Assembly: GCF_009834535.1 (NCBI RefSeq)
Contig: NC_045696.1
Span: 20,462,001-20,526,000, forward strand
Direction of reading: 5' to 3'
Origin: Camelus ferus
Lineage: Eukaryota
Length of the DNA: 64,000 nucleotides
The notes beneath the pieces were generated by a model. It was not told where the DNA came from, did no database searches, and was given only the letters and a program-made list of their open reading frames with translations. Each line of letters starts with the position of its first letter. The first letter of the stretch is position 1. Position numbers and translations under genes: made by a program. Positions 51,599 to 64,000 of this stretch are shown here, in pieces.

Positions 51599-52150
51599 TG
51601 TATTAAATGTCTGTTGCTTCATAATGAGTTTACCACCAACTCAGTGACTTGAAGTAACGCCCATTTGTTAACTCAGTTTTTGTAGATCAGAAGTCTGTGC
51701 ATGACTCAGCTAAGTTCTCTACTCTAAGTTTCAACAGAAAAATTTTTAAAAAAAAATCAAGATATCAATCAAGTTGCTCTCTCATCTGGAGGTATAACTA
51801 GGAAAAAATTCACTTCTAAGCTTTCTCTGCTTGTCTGCAGAATTTCCTTGCAGCTGTTCTTGATAGTTTGCTTCTTCAAAGCCAGCAATAGTGAAATTTC
51901 AGCGGTTTTGACTCCCTAACTGCAAAGAGAGCCTGGCACATTCTTTTAATAGGCTTACTTAAATGTTAAGGGAAGGCCTACACCAGAGAATCTTTCTTTT
52001 GATGAACTCAGGGATAACCAATTCAGGACCTTAATTACATCTGCAAACCCCGTCAACTTCACAGTATTTTTTTTAGTTAGAATTGAATCACAGGTTTCGC
52101 CTATACCCAGTGGGAGAAGATAAGATTCTCATTGAGGTCACCTCACCACA
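51599..52150 (-). mobile_element. MLT1 (MaLR) solo LTR
   Basis: TGTATTA start, CAGTTTTTGTAGATCAGAAGTCTG, CTTCTTCAAAGCCAGCAA, CCTTAATTACATCTGCAAA and end CACCACA. Confidence 0.8.
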
Positions 52151-53109
52151 TGTCCTTTACAACAGTCAGCTATGTAATTTATCTGTGTGAATGAATGGTC
52201 CAGGGAAGATATGTAAAGAATATTAGAATGACATAAATGAAAGTGTTCTTAATAAGTGAGTACCATGAATATAAAATATCCATACTGCTCTAAAATTGCA
52301 TATGAATTAATGATATCATGACAGAATTATACATTTTAAGATAATCGCATGTAATCTCAATTTAAAAGTGAGTTTAGGACTGAGATTACCTTGGTGTGTG
52401 GTACTTTTATCCATTTGGTCAGCTAACTAAAGTGAAATGTCAAGGAGTGAACAAATTGCCATCGTCTATATATTTATAAGTACAAATATAGGACGTAATT
52501 TGTTTTTCTTTATTTCAGTACTATTTCCCCTAAAACCTGTATTTTAGGAAAACTGCCAATTTCATCATTTTATAGACAGCTACGCATCTAGAAAGAGGCC
52601 TATGAAGAGGAAAGGAAAGCTGGTTATCTGGCCTTTGATACTGAATATTTCAACTCATAAAACTCTAGAACCCTGGAGGCCTATCACGCTCATTCTGATA
52701 GCAAAGACTCAGAACACACCTAAGGGGAGTCATTCCACTTTCATGACAGTAATCAAAACACACTTAGGTTTGAGGTGTGTATGGAATACTGACACTCAGA
52801 AGATTATCTACAACAAATTTGTCACATTTTACTTGAGGAGTGAAAATGTCTTCACCTCAACTCCATTATCATTTTTTCACAGATATAAAAGCACCACCAT
52901 CACTGCAGCAATTCAACGTCAAAAAAGCTGAAGATTCAGCGATAAAAGGTAGATGACAGAAACACTTTAAAGTACCAGATCCAAGGTATATTAAGGCATG
53001 ATAATCAATCCACCTTATTAGTGTAAATTAAGAATTCTGTCTAGAGTAGTAGTATCTGATCTAAAACTGAGTTCACAATGATCTCTCTTCGCTCCTAACT
53101 TGTCCCTTC

Positions 53110-53760
53110 AATGAATAGCTTTCTATTTTTATATAATAAAATACCACAAACACAGAGACTTAAAAACAACATACTTTCATTTTTTTCGACTTTTGCAGCT
53201 CAGGAGTGTGCAGATGGCTTAGCTGGGCCCTCTGTTCTGGGCCTCACAAGGCTGCTATGAAAGTTTCAGTATTCTGTTTTTCCCAAAGTTTGGGGACCTC
53301 TTCCAAACTCATATGGTTGTTGGAAGAATTCAGTTCCTTATTGTAGGATTGAGGTCCCTATTTTCCTATCGGCTGTCAAGCAGGGCCCCCTCTCAGCTCC
53401 ACAGGCTGATCTATTTTTCACTCTGAGGCCCCTTCACTGGCCCTCTGGTAACATGGCAGCTGTCTTCAAAGCCAACAAAATGCTCTCTCTGCAGCGCTCA
53501 CCCCAGGGAAGTCCTGGACTCTTTTATAAAGGGCTCGGGTGATCAAATCAGTCCCACACAGGATAATCTTCCTTGTCATTAAGTCAGAGTTAATGTGTTA
53601 GGGAGATTAATAACATCTGCATAATCCCTTCCCTTTGCCGTATTCTCTTGGTTCCAAGCAATCACAGGTTCCACCTGCACTCAAGGGAGGGGATTATACA
53701 AAAGCAGGTACACCAGCTGGTGGTGATTTCAGGAGCCACCTTTGAATTTTGCCTACCACT
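53110..53760 (-). mobile_element. MLT1 (MaLR) solo LTR
   Basis: ATACCACAAAC..GACTTAAAAACAAC, GGCTTAGCTGGG, GTTGTTGGAAGAATTCAGTTCCTT, CACTCAAGGGAGGGGATTATACA and end GCCTACCAC. Confidence 0.85.
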
Positions 53761-53913
53761 CCACTCCAACCCATTCTCAGCAGTATATCCAAAGTAATCT
53801 TTCTGGGGTTCAAATTAAACAATTTAAGACTATTACATAAAATCTTTCAGTCATTCTTCATTGACTTAAAAATCAAGTTAAAATTCTGTAATATGGAAAG
53901 CCTCTTCATCTTC

Positions 53914-53922
53914 TATATATAT

Positions 53923-53957
<35 letters not shown>
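53914..53957. repeat. (TA)(CA)n microsatellite
   Basis: Directly visible. Confidence 0.95.
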
Positions 53958-53958
<1 letters not shown>

Positions 53959-54349
53959 CTGAAGCTTGTTTCTTTTCACTCTCTGCTGCTAATTCCTGGA
54001 CCTTTTGAAGTTCTTGTGTTCAGGTGTATGAACATTCAGGTTTCTATGTTCAGAGTATAATCTATTCACACATTTACCCATAAAATGCTCATCAACTTAT
54101 ACATTCTTGATTTAAAAATACTTTTCTAATTACTAAGTTTTAAAAACCTCACCATAGGCATTTATAATACACTTTGGATGCAGCAATTTAAAAATTATAT
54201 GTATATCTATGCCATATCCAGATGCAGACCTACTTCTTATCCATAGCCATAGTTAAATATACATATGTTAAAAATATATAAATATATATATATTTAACTT
54301 TGTGGCTGGATGTGCAATTTGAGACAATGAAAATATTTTCTTATTTTAC

Positions 54350-54950
54350 TACCTGAGAACGTTATTCTTTTATCTTTCATATTATGCTGTGATACACTTG
54401 GAATTGATTTTTATTCCTTAAGGTAGAAGTCAAAGTTTGCTTTTTTTACATATAGACATGTGATGATTCTGGCATTATTTTTTGAAAACATCTCTCCCAT
54501 TTTATGAAAGTCATAACTGTATTTAATCACATGGACAAGATGTAAGATTATTTTGTAGACTCTATTTTCCACCCTTGTTTTGTCTATTCTTGCACCAACA
54601 CCACACCTTTTAACTTACAATAACTCAATAAATATTCATAGTTGATATATATATATATATATATATATATCTTTTAGCTTTATTCTTTTTATTTGGTAGT
54701 ATTTTTCTTATTATTGTCTGTGTATATTTTCTCATAAGTTTTAGAGTCCATCTATTAATTCTATTTTAAAAAGCTGAAATATCTATTGAAATGTCACTGA
54801 ATGCATAGATGAATTTGTGAGAAATGTCAAGTATTTTTGTTCATGTAGTTTGGTTCAATTCACTCTCATAATATCTTGTACCTTTCTGAGAAGAGGGCTT
54901 GCACATTTTCCCCCAGTATCTATTCTTCTATTATGTTATTTTATGCTATC
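54350..54950 (-). mobile_element. Ancient L1 ORF2 remnant (L1ME-like)
   Basis: TGGAATTGATTTTT, TTGTCTATTCTTGCACCAACACCACAC, CTGAATGCATAGATGAATTTG. Contains an (AT)n run at ~54645-54670. Confidence 0.65.
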
Positions 54951-54974
54951 TTAAAAGGTAGCATAAAAAGAAAT

Positions 54975-55625
54975 CCCAAGCAAAAGTAGGCAAATGATTT
55001 GAACAGCTGCTTGATGACTATGAGTAGTCAAATTGGCCAACAGACAAATGAAAGTGTGTTCAGCATTATTGTTACAGGCATATCTCATTTTATTGCACTT
55101 CACAGATATGTTTTTACAGACTGGAGATTTGTGGGAATCCTGCGCCAGTAAGTTTTTCCATTAACATTTTTTTCCAATAGCATCTTTTTACTTCATGTCT
55201 CTGTGTCACATTTTGGTAATTCTTACAATATTTAAATTTTTTTCATTTTTATTATACTTGTTATGGTGATCTAGGATCAGTGATCTTCAATATGACTACT
55301 CTGACTCACTGAAGACTCAGATGATAGTTAGCATTCTTTAGCAATAAAGTATTTTTTCATTAAGGTGTGAACATTGTGGGGTTTTTTGACATAATGTATT
55401 GCATACTTATAGTTTATAGTACAGTGTAAACATAATTTTTATGTGTGCTGGAAAACCAAAAAAATTGTGTAACTCACTTTATTGCAATATTCACTTCACT
55501 GCGGTGGTCTGGACCTGAATCCATAGTATCTTCAAGGGTGCCTGTGTCAGGTAAATTGCTATTAAAGCTGTGGTTGAGATTCAACTGTATAATCACAGGA
55601 ATGGCTGAAATGAAGAACAAACAAA
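54975..55625 (+). mobile_element. L1 ORF2 fragment interrupted by Tigger1
   Basis: AAAAGTAGGCAAATGATTTGAACAG...ATGAAAGTGTGTTCAGCATTATT resumes after the transposon as TCAGGTAAATTGCTATTAAA...GAATGGCTGAAAT. Confidence 0.6.
55075..55544 (+). mobile_element. Tigger1 internal-deletion derivative
   Basis: Termini TA|CAGGCATATCTC and GGGTGCCTG|TG. Tigger1 3' words TTGTTATGGTGATCT..GATCAGTGATCTT and CACTTTATTGCAATATTCACTT..TGCGGTGGTCTGGA. Confidence 0.85.
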
Positions 55626-55654
55626 CGGATAAAATCTTTGTAATACAGTTTTTG

Positions 55655-55985
55655 GATCTGTTGTTCGTTTTTCTATTTTGACCCAGTCCTGAGCCTCTGA
55701 GTAGAGGCTGGTCAGTTCTACTTTTTGAGCAGCCAAGTCCACACCCCCAACCTCTTCCAGTATGAGGCGCTCACACTGTGGGCCACTGTACAGCCACACT
55801 AATAACCCCAGGGTTAGCTATTTCCAAGGCTAGCTCTTACGCCGCACAGCTCGCTGAACTTATTCAAATTAGCCATTCCTAAACCTGTTTACTCTGCCTC
55901 CCTCTCTCCTTCCCACAGAAACCACACTAAGGATACAGGCCCATGGTACCCCCTTTTCCTCTGTGATCTGTGAGTATAACTGAAA
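55655..55985 (+). mobile_element. ERVL-type LTR remnant (MER74-like)
   Basis: TTTTGACCCAGTCCTGAGCC, AAGTCCACACCCCCAACC, TTATTCAAATTAGCCA.TCCTAAACCTGTTTAC, TTCCCACAGAAACCACA. Confidence 0.55.
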
Positions 55986-58526
55986 TGCCAAGCTCTCTGG
56001 TTTACTTTTTGTAACAAGTAAGTACTAAATACTTAACAAACTTTAGAAGGTCTTTGCACCATGCATTTTTTAATTTGGTGATTTTTTAGTTCATGTAAAA
56101 CTATATAAATTTAACTTAGGTATTGGAGCTTATTTACTTTTAAATAGCTAAGCAATAGAATTTAATTGATGATAATTTTATTGAATAATTACTGCTCAAA
56201 CTATATAAGCTATTCAATGAATAGCTAAAAGGATTGTTTTTTTTATAAATAACCACTAAGCTCACTTTTAAGGGGTGTTATCTAAACATCTCATTAGAAA
56301 TTCTATTTCTCTTAACTGAAAATGTCAAATGGTCCCATGATTATCAGATTGACCAAACATGTCCATCTCCTTTTTTCCTTCTTTAGAATTAAGGAGACAA
56401 GTCAAAGGTAATCTTGGCGGTCCCATAACAAAAAGTGATCCCTGTCAGTCTTCTTGCAAACTAGATAAAATTTACTGAAGATGCTCAGGTGAACAGATTG
56501 TCAAATAATCACTTCCAGTTTGAGTAAGGTTACTTGATCTGTATTAAATAATTAAGGATTTGCAGTTCTGGTACTGTGCTTTTAGAATTTTATAATAGAA
56601 TTTTTCCACTATGGTTTCTATCTGAAGACCTTTTTTTAGTGCAAAAATATTTTTCTCACCATTAGTGCAGTGAATAAATTAAACATATAACTCATTACCA
56701 TTTGTTATTGATTAAATCTTGATTCATTTACAGTGATTATTAAAAATTTACTATGAAGATAAAAAATACATAAATTGGAAACATCTTTACTTAAATTTTA
56801 TATCATATAGGCACCTATAGTAGAGAATACAGAATTTTATTCTAATTTCTCTTTCTTTTTCATTTACTAACATATATTATGTGAGATTTTCTAATATTAT
56901 TTTATATCCATGAATAAAATTTTGTAAAATATGTATTTGGACCTATAAATTACTGTCTTATTAGATATTTAGAATGTTCATACTAGTTGACAATTTTCTT
57001 TAAATAACTTCATATAAATATATTTTCATTAACAATAAGGAAGTAAGAAGACAAAAAAAGAACACTTTAACGTACATTTAAAATATAGAGGCTAACCCAA
57101 TCCATTAAAGGGCAGCACAATGAAAGACTTAAAGATGAACATTTATTTTGATTTTTTGAATCTAGAAATACGATTTAACAAATTTTTGTGGTTCCAACTG
57201 AACAAACAATGGCTATACCATCATCTTTATGCATATTTAAAGTAACTAACAACTCACCTCTAAGAAAACATGCATGTAAATATCTGTTTATGTGCCCTTG
57301 TAAGATGTCACAAAATATTGCACAACTCATGGAAGTAAAACAACTGAGATGTGTGACACAGTCTTTAATTTCATATTATGAGAGAGAATACTCTTTAAAA
57401 GAAAAGTATTGTAACTGATGAGTGTTTTTTGGCAATATGTGATAGATTTTCATACCACTTCTACTGCTCATGGGTGCATCTAAAAGAAATAGTATGTCTA
57501 AATAACAGTTGTCTAGAGACAATATTATTGCATAGATCTGTTACCCAAAATGTAGAAAAATAGAATGTAGTCTTGTGATGAGTTTATATTTGTGAGTTAC
57601 TGAGTTAATGTCATGCTATTTATCACTTTTTGTGTAAGCTTGGAACCAGGTCTAGAATTTTATAATTTTCTAGTCAAAATTATGTTTTCCACTGGCTAGA
57701 CAAAAGTTTAAATATTCTATTACTTATGCAGGTAAAGTGGAAATGACCTTCAAACAATATGTTTGGATGCTATTTCTTTGAGAAAGACATGAAATAACAT
57801 TAAGTGTTTAAAAAAAGCACAGTTTCTAACCAAACACTATTATACTCTTTTGGGAATAGATCTGTCAGTTTATGTGTATGTGTGTTTATACACATAAACC
57901 TACAGGGATATAAGGCACAGAATGTTTTCTAGTAATCAAATATTGTGGAAGAACACTTGCCTGATAATTTTATGATGTCTTATACATTCCTATTTTCACC
58001 TATTTTTTCTCATCTTTTGGAATAAATTATCCAAGTCCATACATAGTTGCTGAATTCAAGTTAAACGTATTTCAAGCTGAATTCATTACTTTAGGAAAAG
58101 CCATATATTATAAATGTTCAATTTAAGTATTTTTAAACTATTTGATATACTAGGTATACAGTATTACAATACTTTTTACATGTAAATAGTTTGTTACCTA
58201 TAAGAAACTATTATTATTTATACAATTATTGAGGTTACAAATCATGCAACATCTCTACTTCATCTATCTATCTGTTTGTCTGTCTATCTGTGATATTTGA
58301 ATGATTAGATTCCTGGTATTTTTGTAATGTGGTTCTGATTTAAATGGCAAGAGCAGATTTAGAAGACCATAAACAAATTTCAGAGTGCTGAGAATATTCT
58401 GTAAGCCATTAATATGCCTATTTTAAAAATGCCATAATTGATCCATTTCAAGGATAGTATATACAATCACATTCAAAATATTTTAATTGTACAGACTGGA
58501 AATACTTACATACCAACTTTCTGACT

Positions 58527-58693
58527 CAGTAGTTCTCAAATATTTGTATGCATCAGAACCACCTTCAGAGCTTGTTAAAACACAACTGCTCCAGAAGTTC
58601 TGATTTAGTGGAACCCAGGAGTTTTGTGTTTTGAACAAGTTCCCAGGTGATGCTGCTGCTCCTCCTCTGGAGTTGACAGGTTGAGAGCCACTG
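58527..58693. mobile_element. MER5A hAT-Charlie MITE
   Basis: TIRs CAGTAGTTCTCAA / TTGAGAGCCACTG, with internal TGCATCAGAACCACCT and AACAAGTTCCCAGGTGATGCTG. Confidence 0.88.
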
Positions 58694-60124
58694 ATCTAAC
58701 ATTCATTTCTCAGGATGAGGTCACTATCCTCTCTAGGTAAGTGGAAAATAGTCTAATAATTATATGAACCAAGGCTAACATTTATTGAGCGATAATAATA
58801 GTCATGGTACTGTTCCTTTACCAGGAATATGTAAAATAATCCTTATTAGAGTTGGGAACTGGTAGAGTTGAGAGCTTATCCTTGGCTACTTGACTCCAAA
58901 GTGTTCTTAATTTACAATCTAATAGAAAATCAAACCACCAACTCAACATCTCAAGTGGAATCATAATAAAAGGGAATAAAATACATGTAAAGTTATTATT
59001 TTGATTTGCTTATAGCTAAAACATTCTAGCAGGTTATGAAAATCTCAACTTGAAATGTTAGAGGAGAGTTTTGTGGTTAACTATTTCAATGCAACCATCA
59101 TCCTTTTCATATGCTACTGACCAATGCAGGCATCTTTTGAAAACTTTAATATGCACAGTTCATCCAATGTCTGTTTGACTATGTTTTAAAAATAAGAGTG
59201 ATATCTTCTTTATCTGAAAAAATGAACCACCTGACTTCTTTCATTCAGTTCTTCCATTTGGGATTTCATAAATAGCAAAGCAGAATAACTTCTAATCCAA
59301 TATATCTCTGATGATATAAACCTCAAAGATACCAAAGTGGCATTAAAAATTTAAATTCACCATTCAAATAAGCATTCTTTGACCACCGCCACCATCTCCG
59401 TGCTTTGAGTAGGATTCTTTGATACTTAATTCTCAATGCTCTTCAGCAAAAGGTATCACTTGTTACCGTGGTCCATTAGTATTGAACACTCTTGTCTTTC
59501 ATCTCCCCATTCAGGCACATTGAAAAGAACGTGTGAGGCTGTCTCATGTACCAACATCAGGCTCTCGTATGTGCCAAGCTTTTTACTCTATGGGATCTTA
59601 GTGCCTGAAATGCTTCTTTTTTTTTTTTTTTTTTTGGCCATTTTTATCTTTTTTACTTTTCAACAATCCTTCCAATTTCATTTTAGTAACATTTTCTCAG
59701 GGCATTTTCCTTCAATCTCCTTCTTTTTGAGAATCATGTGTTTCTTTCTCCTAGCATTTCAACATGAAATTGTACACATCAGATTTTTTAAATGTTCAAT
59801 ATCAAAAATACATTATATTGTAACTTTTAGAGGTACATTCTATGTGTAACAATATGTTATGAGGTCAAGAATTCAGTTTAATTTTGATAAACATTCCTAC
59901 AGATTTTATGTTGGTGATACTTTAAATGAATACATCTATCTAAAATGCTTAATCTGGCAATAATGGTATTCTATTCTTTCTCAAATTTTGTTTTTGTTAA
60001 AGTATTTATTTTTAAAATTTATTATCAACTGATTCTCTCAATGGAGAGAAGATGATTAAAAGAATAAGAAAAATGCCTTTTGAACAGGGCCTTTCCAATA
60101 AACAAAATGTATGACATTACTGAA

Positions 60125-60345
60125 TGCTGCAGGGTTAGTGGTCAGACTTCTTGAATTAAATTCTGGCTATGAGCTTGAAACTGGCAAGATCATGGCTAAA
60201 TTATATAACCTTCCTAAACTTCAGCTTCTTCATTTTCAAAATGGGACTTAAACTGTCACACAGGTTTTATGAGGGATATGAGGGACTGTCACCACAAAGT
60301 GCTTAACATGGGGCCTTGAACCTGTAGTTACCACTGAATAACCAC
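60125..60345 (+). mobile_element. MIR remnant
   Basis: GTCAGACTTCTTGAATTAAATTCTGGCT, AACCTTCCTAAACTTCAGCTTCTTCATTTTCAAAATGGGA, AAAGTGCTTAACA. Confidence 0.7.
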
Positions 60346-63300
60346 TAGTCTATATAATTGTAATTTTTAAACATATTAAAAAACATGTACTTTACACATT
60401 TATATCTTCTAATATCACTGCAATGTTCTGAAATAGAAATTTAAGTCAGTCTCCCTAACTCCTTTGAGGGTAAATGTTGCTTTACCCGTTGATGTATTCA
60501 CCTTGGTGACATACACTCTCACAAAAAACGTGCCCCACTTGCCTCTTGAATGAGTAAATTAATTTATGTGATGCTTAAACATCAAATGAAGGACTTAAAA
60601 TTGAGCACCTCTGTATGAAAATTGTTCAGTACAGAATGTATAACAAAATAGAAACTTCCTTGTCAGAGTGTATATAAAACACATGCTTTCTTTTTATATT
60701 TCAGGGAGCAGCTTTGAAGTAGACTCCCTCAGATGGATGAAACAGTTAATTAAATTGCCTTTCAATTAATAAAGATGTCAAGTCATCAAAATATACCAGG
60801 GTTTTTTAAGCATATTTGTGTATGCCTTCCTCTAAAGATTTATACCTGACTCATAGAAAATACGGTTAAAATGTTTTGAATATTTATTCAATTAAAATAA
60901 AGTATCTTCTACTGCTCAAAAATATTATTGCATAATTAACAAAGGAGTAGCTTTTTATAATGACTGAGTATGCCAGAATACTCTGAAAGCCCTTTCTGTT
61001 GTTTGCTAACATAAACACAAGTAATCAGCTACAGTATTTGAAGGTTTCTACGTAAACTCTGTGGGCTTTTATGTTATTAATCTTTCCATGCTCCGAGTGA
61101 TTCAGTTTATTTGTATTTGAAATCCATAAATCTAATTCTTCGCCAGTGCCAAACTCAAGACACTGTCTTTACTATTATTCATGAAGTTTCTTAAAAGTAA
61201 GTTTATAAGCTATCAGGAATAGTTTCCAAGTTATCTATTACAAGCATTGTATGTCAGAGTGAGATCACTGTGCCATAATTCAATCTGATGTACAAGTTTT
61301 AAACTATACTTAATAAAAAAAGTCACTTAACTGTTAAATTAATGTTCTAAGAGTCACCTTAAGATTATCTGGTTCAAATTCAAGGATATTTGATATGTTT
61401 CTTATTTTAAGTACTTGAAGACAATTAGGTCATTGGTGGATTATTACACAGTATTTTGATATAGTATATCTGTTTACCACTCACTTGGCACTTCATGTTA
61501 TTTTATGAAAATTCCATTCAATTGCTTTATGACTACTCTGGAGGTTTTAAACTTTTATACCCATTTCGAATTTGTAATTTGTCTGAAACGTGTGAAGAAA
61601 ACTAAATTATAATACACCACGAGAATCCTTCACTGATCTAATATTATTAACTAGTGTATATTTGAGGAACAATGACAAGCACTCTGTACTTTTCATTTCT
61701 AATTATTTTTGCTTATACTATCATCTTTGATGTCTGTAAATAGAATTTTCTTCTTTACCAACTTCCTTCTTTTAAAATTGAATGACACTGATTGCTTTAA
61801 TTCTTTTCAGTGAAGCTGAACATGTCCCTCCCCTTTCATTTCTATTTTATTTTATGTTTGTTCACTTATATTTACAATTTTATCTAGTTTGCTCACAATA
61901 AAGGCTCAGGTACAAAGCCTGCCGTTAGTCCTCTGTTGTGTATCAGAATTAGGAAATAAACATTCTGATGAGAATTTTAGGGAATCTTAAATTTATTCAA
62001 AGCTTAAATTTATTTATTGACTTCCATGCCAGAGATTAGTGACTTTAAAAAACAACAATATCAAGGAGACGGTATAAGCTATTGTTTCTTTCTAGTTTTC
62101 TTCTCTGCCAGGGTATGAATTTTTGAGGGAAAAAAAGCTTAATATTATATTTGGGTATCTTTAGATACAATGATTGTTATCATGTTTATGATCATCACCA
62201 TCACTCATGAAAATTACCTATTAATTCAAGAAAATTCACACACTGTATTATATATGGAGCTGGATTAATTAATACACGTTGTACAAATTCTTTTATAGAT
62301 AAATTATCAGTTTTTATTTCCTATAGAACATGTTATATGGCTGAGAAAATTATAAAATTTCTTGTAATTTAAATGTTTTAAATGCTTTATTGAAGTCGTA
62401 ATATGCATGACATACTGTTATTTGTATTCCTGGGAGACAAATGATTTATGAATTTTAAATAGAAAAGTTCTAATCGCATCAAGATTTTGCGGCACAAGTC
62501 TAGTTTTTGCCCTTCTTTCTTTCTGTCATTTAAATTGTATTTCTGTGGCCACTGACATGTTAAGATCATCTAACCCTTTCTGCCTTAATTGCTGAGAGTG
62601 ATCATTTTCAATATGGCCTTTGAATGCCTATATCTGCCAAAATTCTCCTCTAGACACTTTGTACCAAATATTATTGTAAGTTGTATTTCTAAGGTCATTC
62701 AAATAAAAGATTGAGACCCAGCAGTGGTTCAGTCAGAGTACAACGGCTGCCACACAGAAGCAGGATGATGAGTTTACAGTTCTCTGCAGCCCTGATGGGC
62801 TTGGATGTCACAAGAAGATAGAGGTTACTGAAGATTCTTCCTGAAGCCCAACGTTCAGTTAGTTTCCCACTGCTGGAGGAAGGAGGATATGGCTTCTGCT
62901 TCCCCTCCACATTCTGAATCTGGAGGAAAGGCATAGCTGTTCAGAAAAATTAGATCTAGAGCGCTAAAGACAAAGGAGGCTTAGAACTGTGGTTAAGTAG
63001 CTTCTAGCCAGATATATAAAAGGAAAGTAGAACCAGGGGTAAAAAAGAATGCTGATTGTTTAAATTGAGGGAAAAACATGCACAATAGGCCATTGTCTTT
63101 AGTTCCTTTTCTTTAACAGGTCACATTCCCCAGAGTAGACTGTTACAGAGCCCTGTCTAATGCTGTTGCCTGGGTACATGGACCTGACAGCCAGTGTGGT
63201 AGAAGGAGTGAGATGTGTACTCAGTACAGCTACTTCCGTGGGGTACCCTAATCCTCAGCAGGCAGGCGTTCCTACAATCCAAAGTATCTCTGTTCAACCT

Positions 63301-64000
63301 TCAAGAGATTAAACTGCACAATTTTATCAGAGTTTGGAAAAAGAGCATACCCTATTTTTATAAGTTAGTTTTAATTCATGATTCTTATACAAGGGGAAAA
63401 AAAGGCAAGAAAATAGCTCCCAAATACAGACTTTAGGGAGAAAAACAGGGTGATTTCAGAAGTGACATTAAATGAGTCAATTTAAAAATAACCGCACCAC
63501 CACCACCAACACTGACTATGAATGAGCATCACTGTATTCCAATGCTACCAGCAGGCAAATGCATTCTATGAACATGGATTAGTAGGATAGAAAGAATACT
63601 ACTATGTAGCCTTAACAATTCGTTTAAAGAAAGAGTTAACTAATTAATGGATGAAAGCACTGGAAATCTTTCTATCTATTGCTATTATCATATAAGAATT
63701 TATCACTTTTAACCAGTGATCTCAGGATCAATAGGGTTAATGATAATTTCAAAATGAACAGTTTTGTTTCATTGTCTAGCTCATTTTCTAAGCTAGTAAA
63801 AATTCTATTTTACTTCTAAATTTAGAATCCGATCAGCAGTTCTCTAATTTATCTATCTCTAGGGTACAACACATTCTCTCATAGAGAAAATACATACCAA
63901 TATGGAAATTCTGCTTTTAAAAAAAAGCATCTAAAATGTGTTTAAATATAAAAACACTTCCCACCTTGTTAACAATTATAAGATAAGCAAATATTTACTC

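Noticed and set aside
59436..59849. 137-aa Phe-rich, membrane-like ORF
   Set aside because: The hydrophobicity comes from T-runs. No recognisable homology.
1..64000. CRISPR arrays, operons, prokaryotic or viral systems, NUMTs
   Set aside because: No repeat-spacer arrays, dense ORFs, gag/pol/env or mitochondrial-like sequence were seen. The content is that of mammalian nuclear DNA.

Overview
AT-rich, repeat-dense mammalian nuclear DNA (intergenic or deep-intronic). It is most likely camelid, judged from three copies of a tRNA-derived SINE beginning GGGGAGGGTATAGCTCA and matching young L1 3' ends. I found no intact gene or credible spliced exon. The only protein-derived host sequence is a 5'-truncated, intronless RMDN1 (FAM82B) retrocopy (~10358-10690) joined to the 3' part of a Tigger-type DNA transposon. 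The rest is LINE-1 of several ages, SINE, MIR, L2, MaLR/ERVL LTRs, DNA transposon fossils and microsatellites. The most notable items are: (i) the RMDN1 retrocopy, with an open frame, excess CpG and a transposon-derived 3' end; (ii) a TSD-flanked, twin-primed mini-insertion whose L1 3' UTR is a chimera of a young and an ancient L1 terminus; (iii) a TSD-flanked, internally deleted L1 whose 5' UTR survives as an orphan CpG island with a CTCF-like motif. Family names come from recalled consensus sequences, not database searches, and boundaries of old repeats are approximate. I cannot support a wholly new biological system here.
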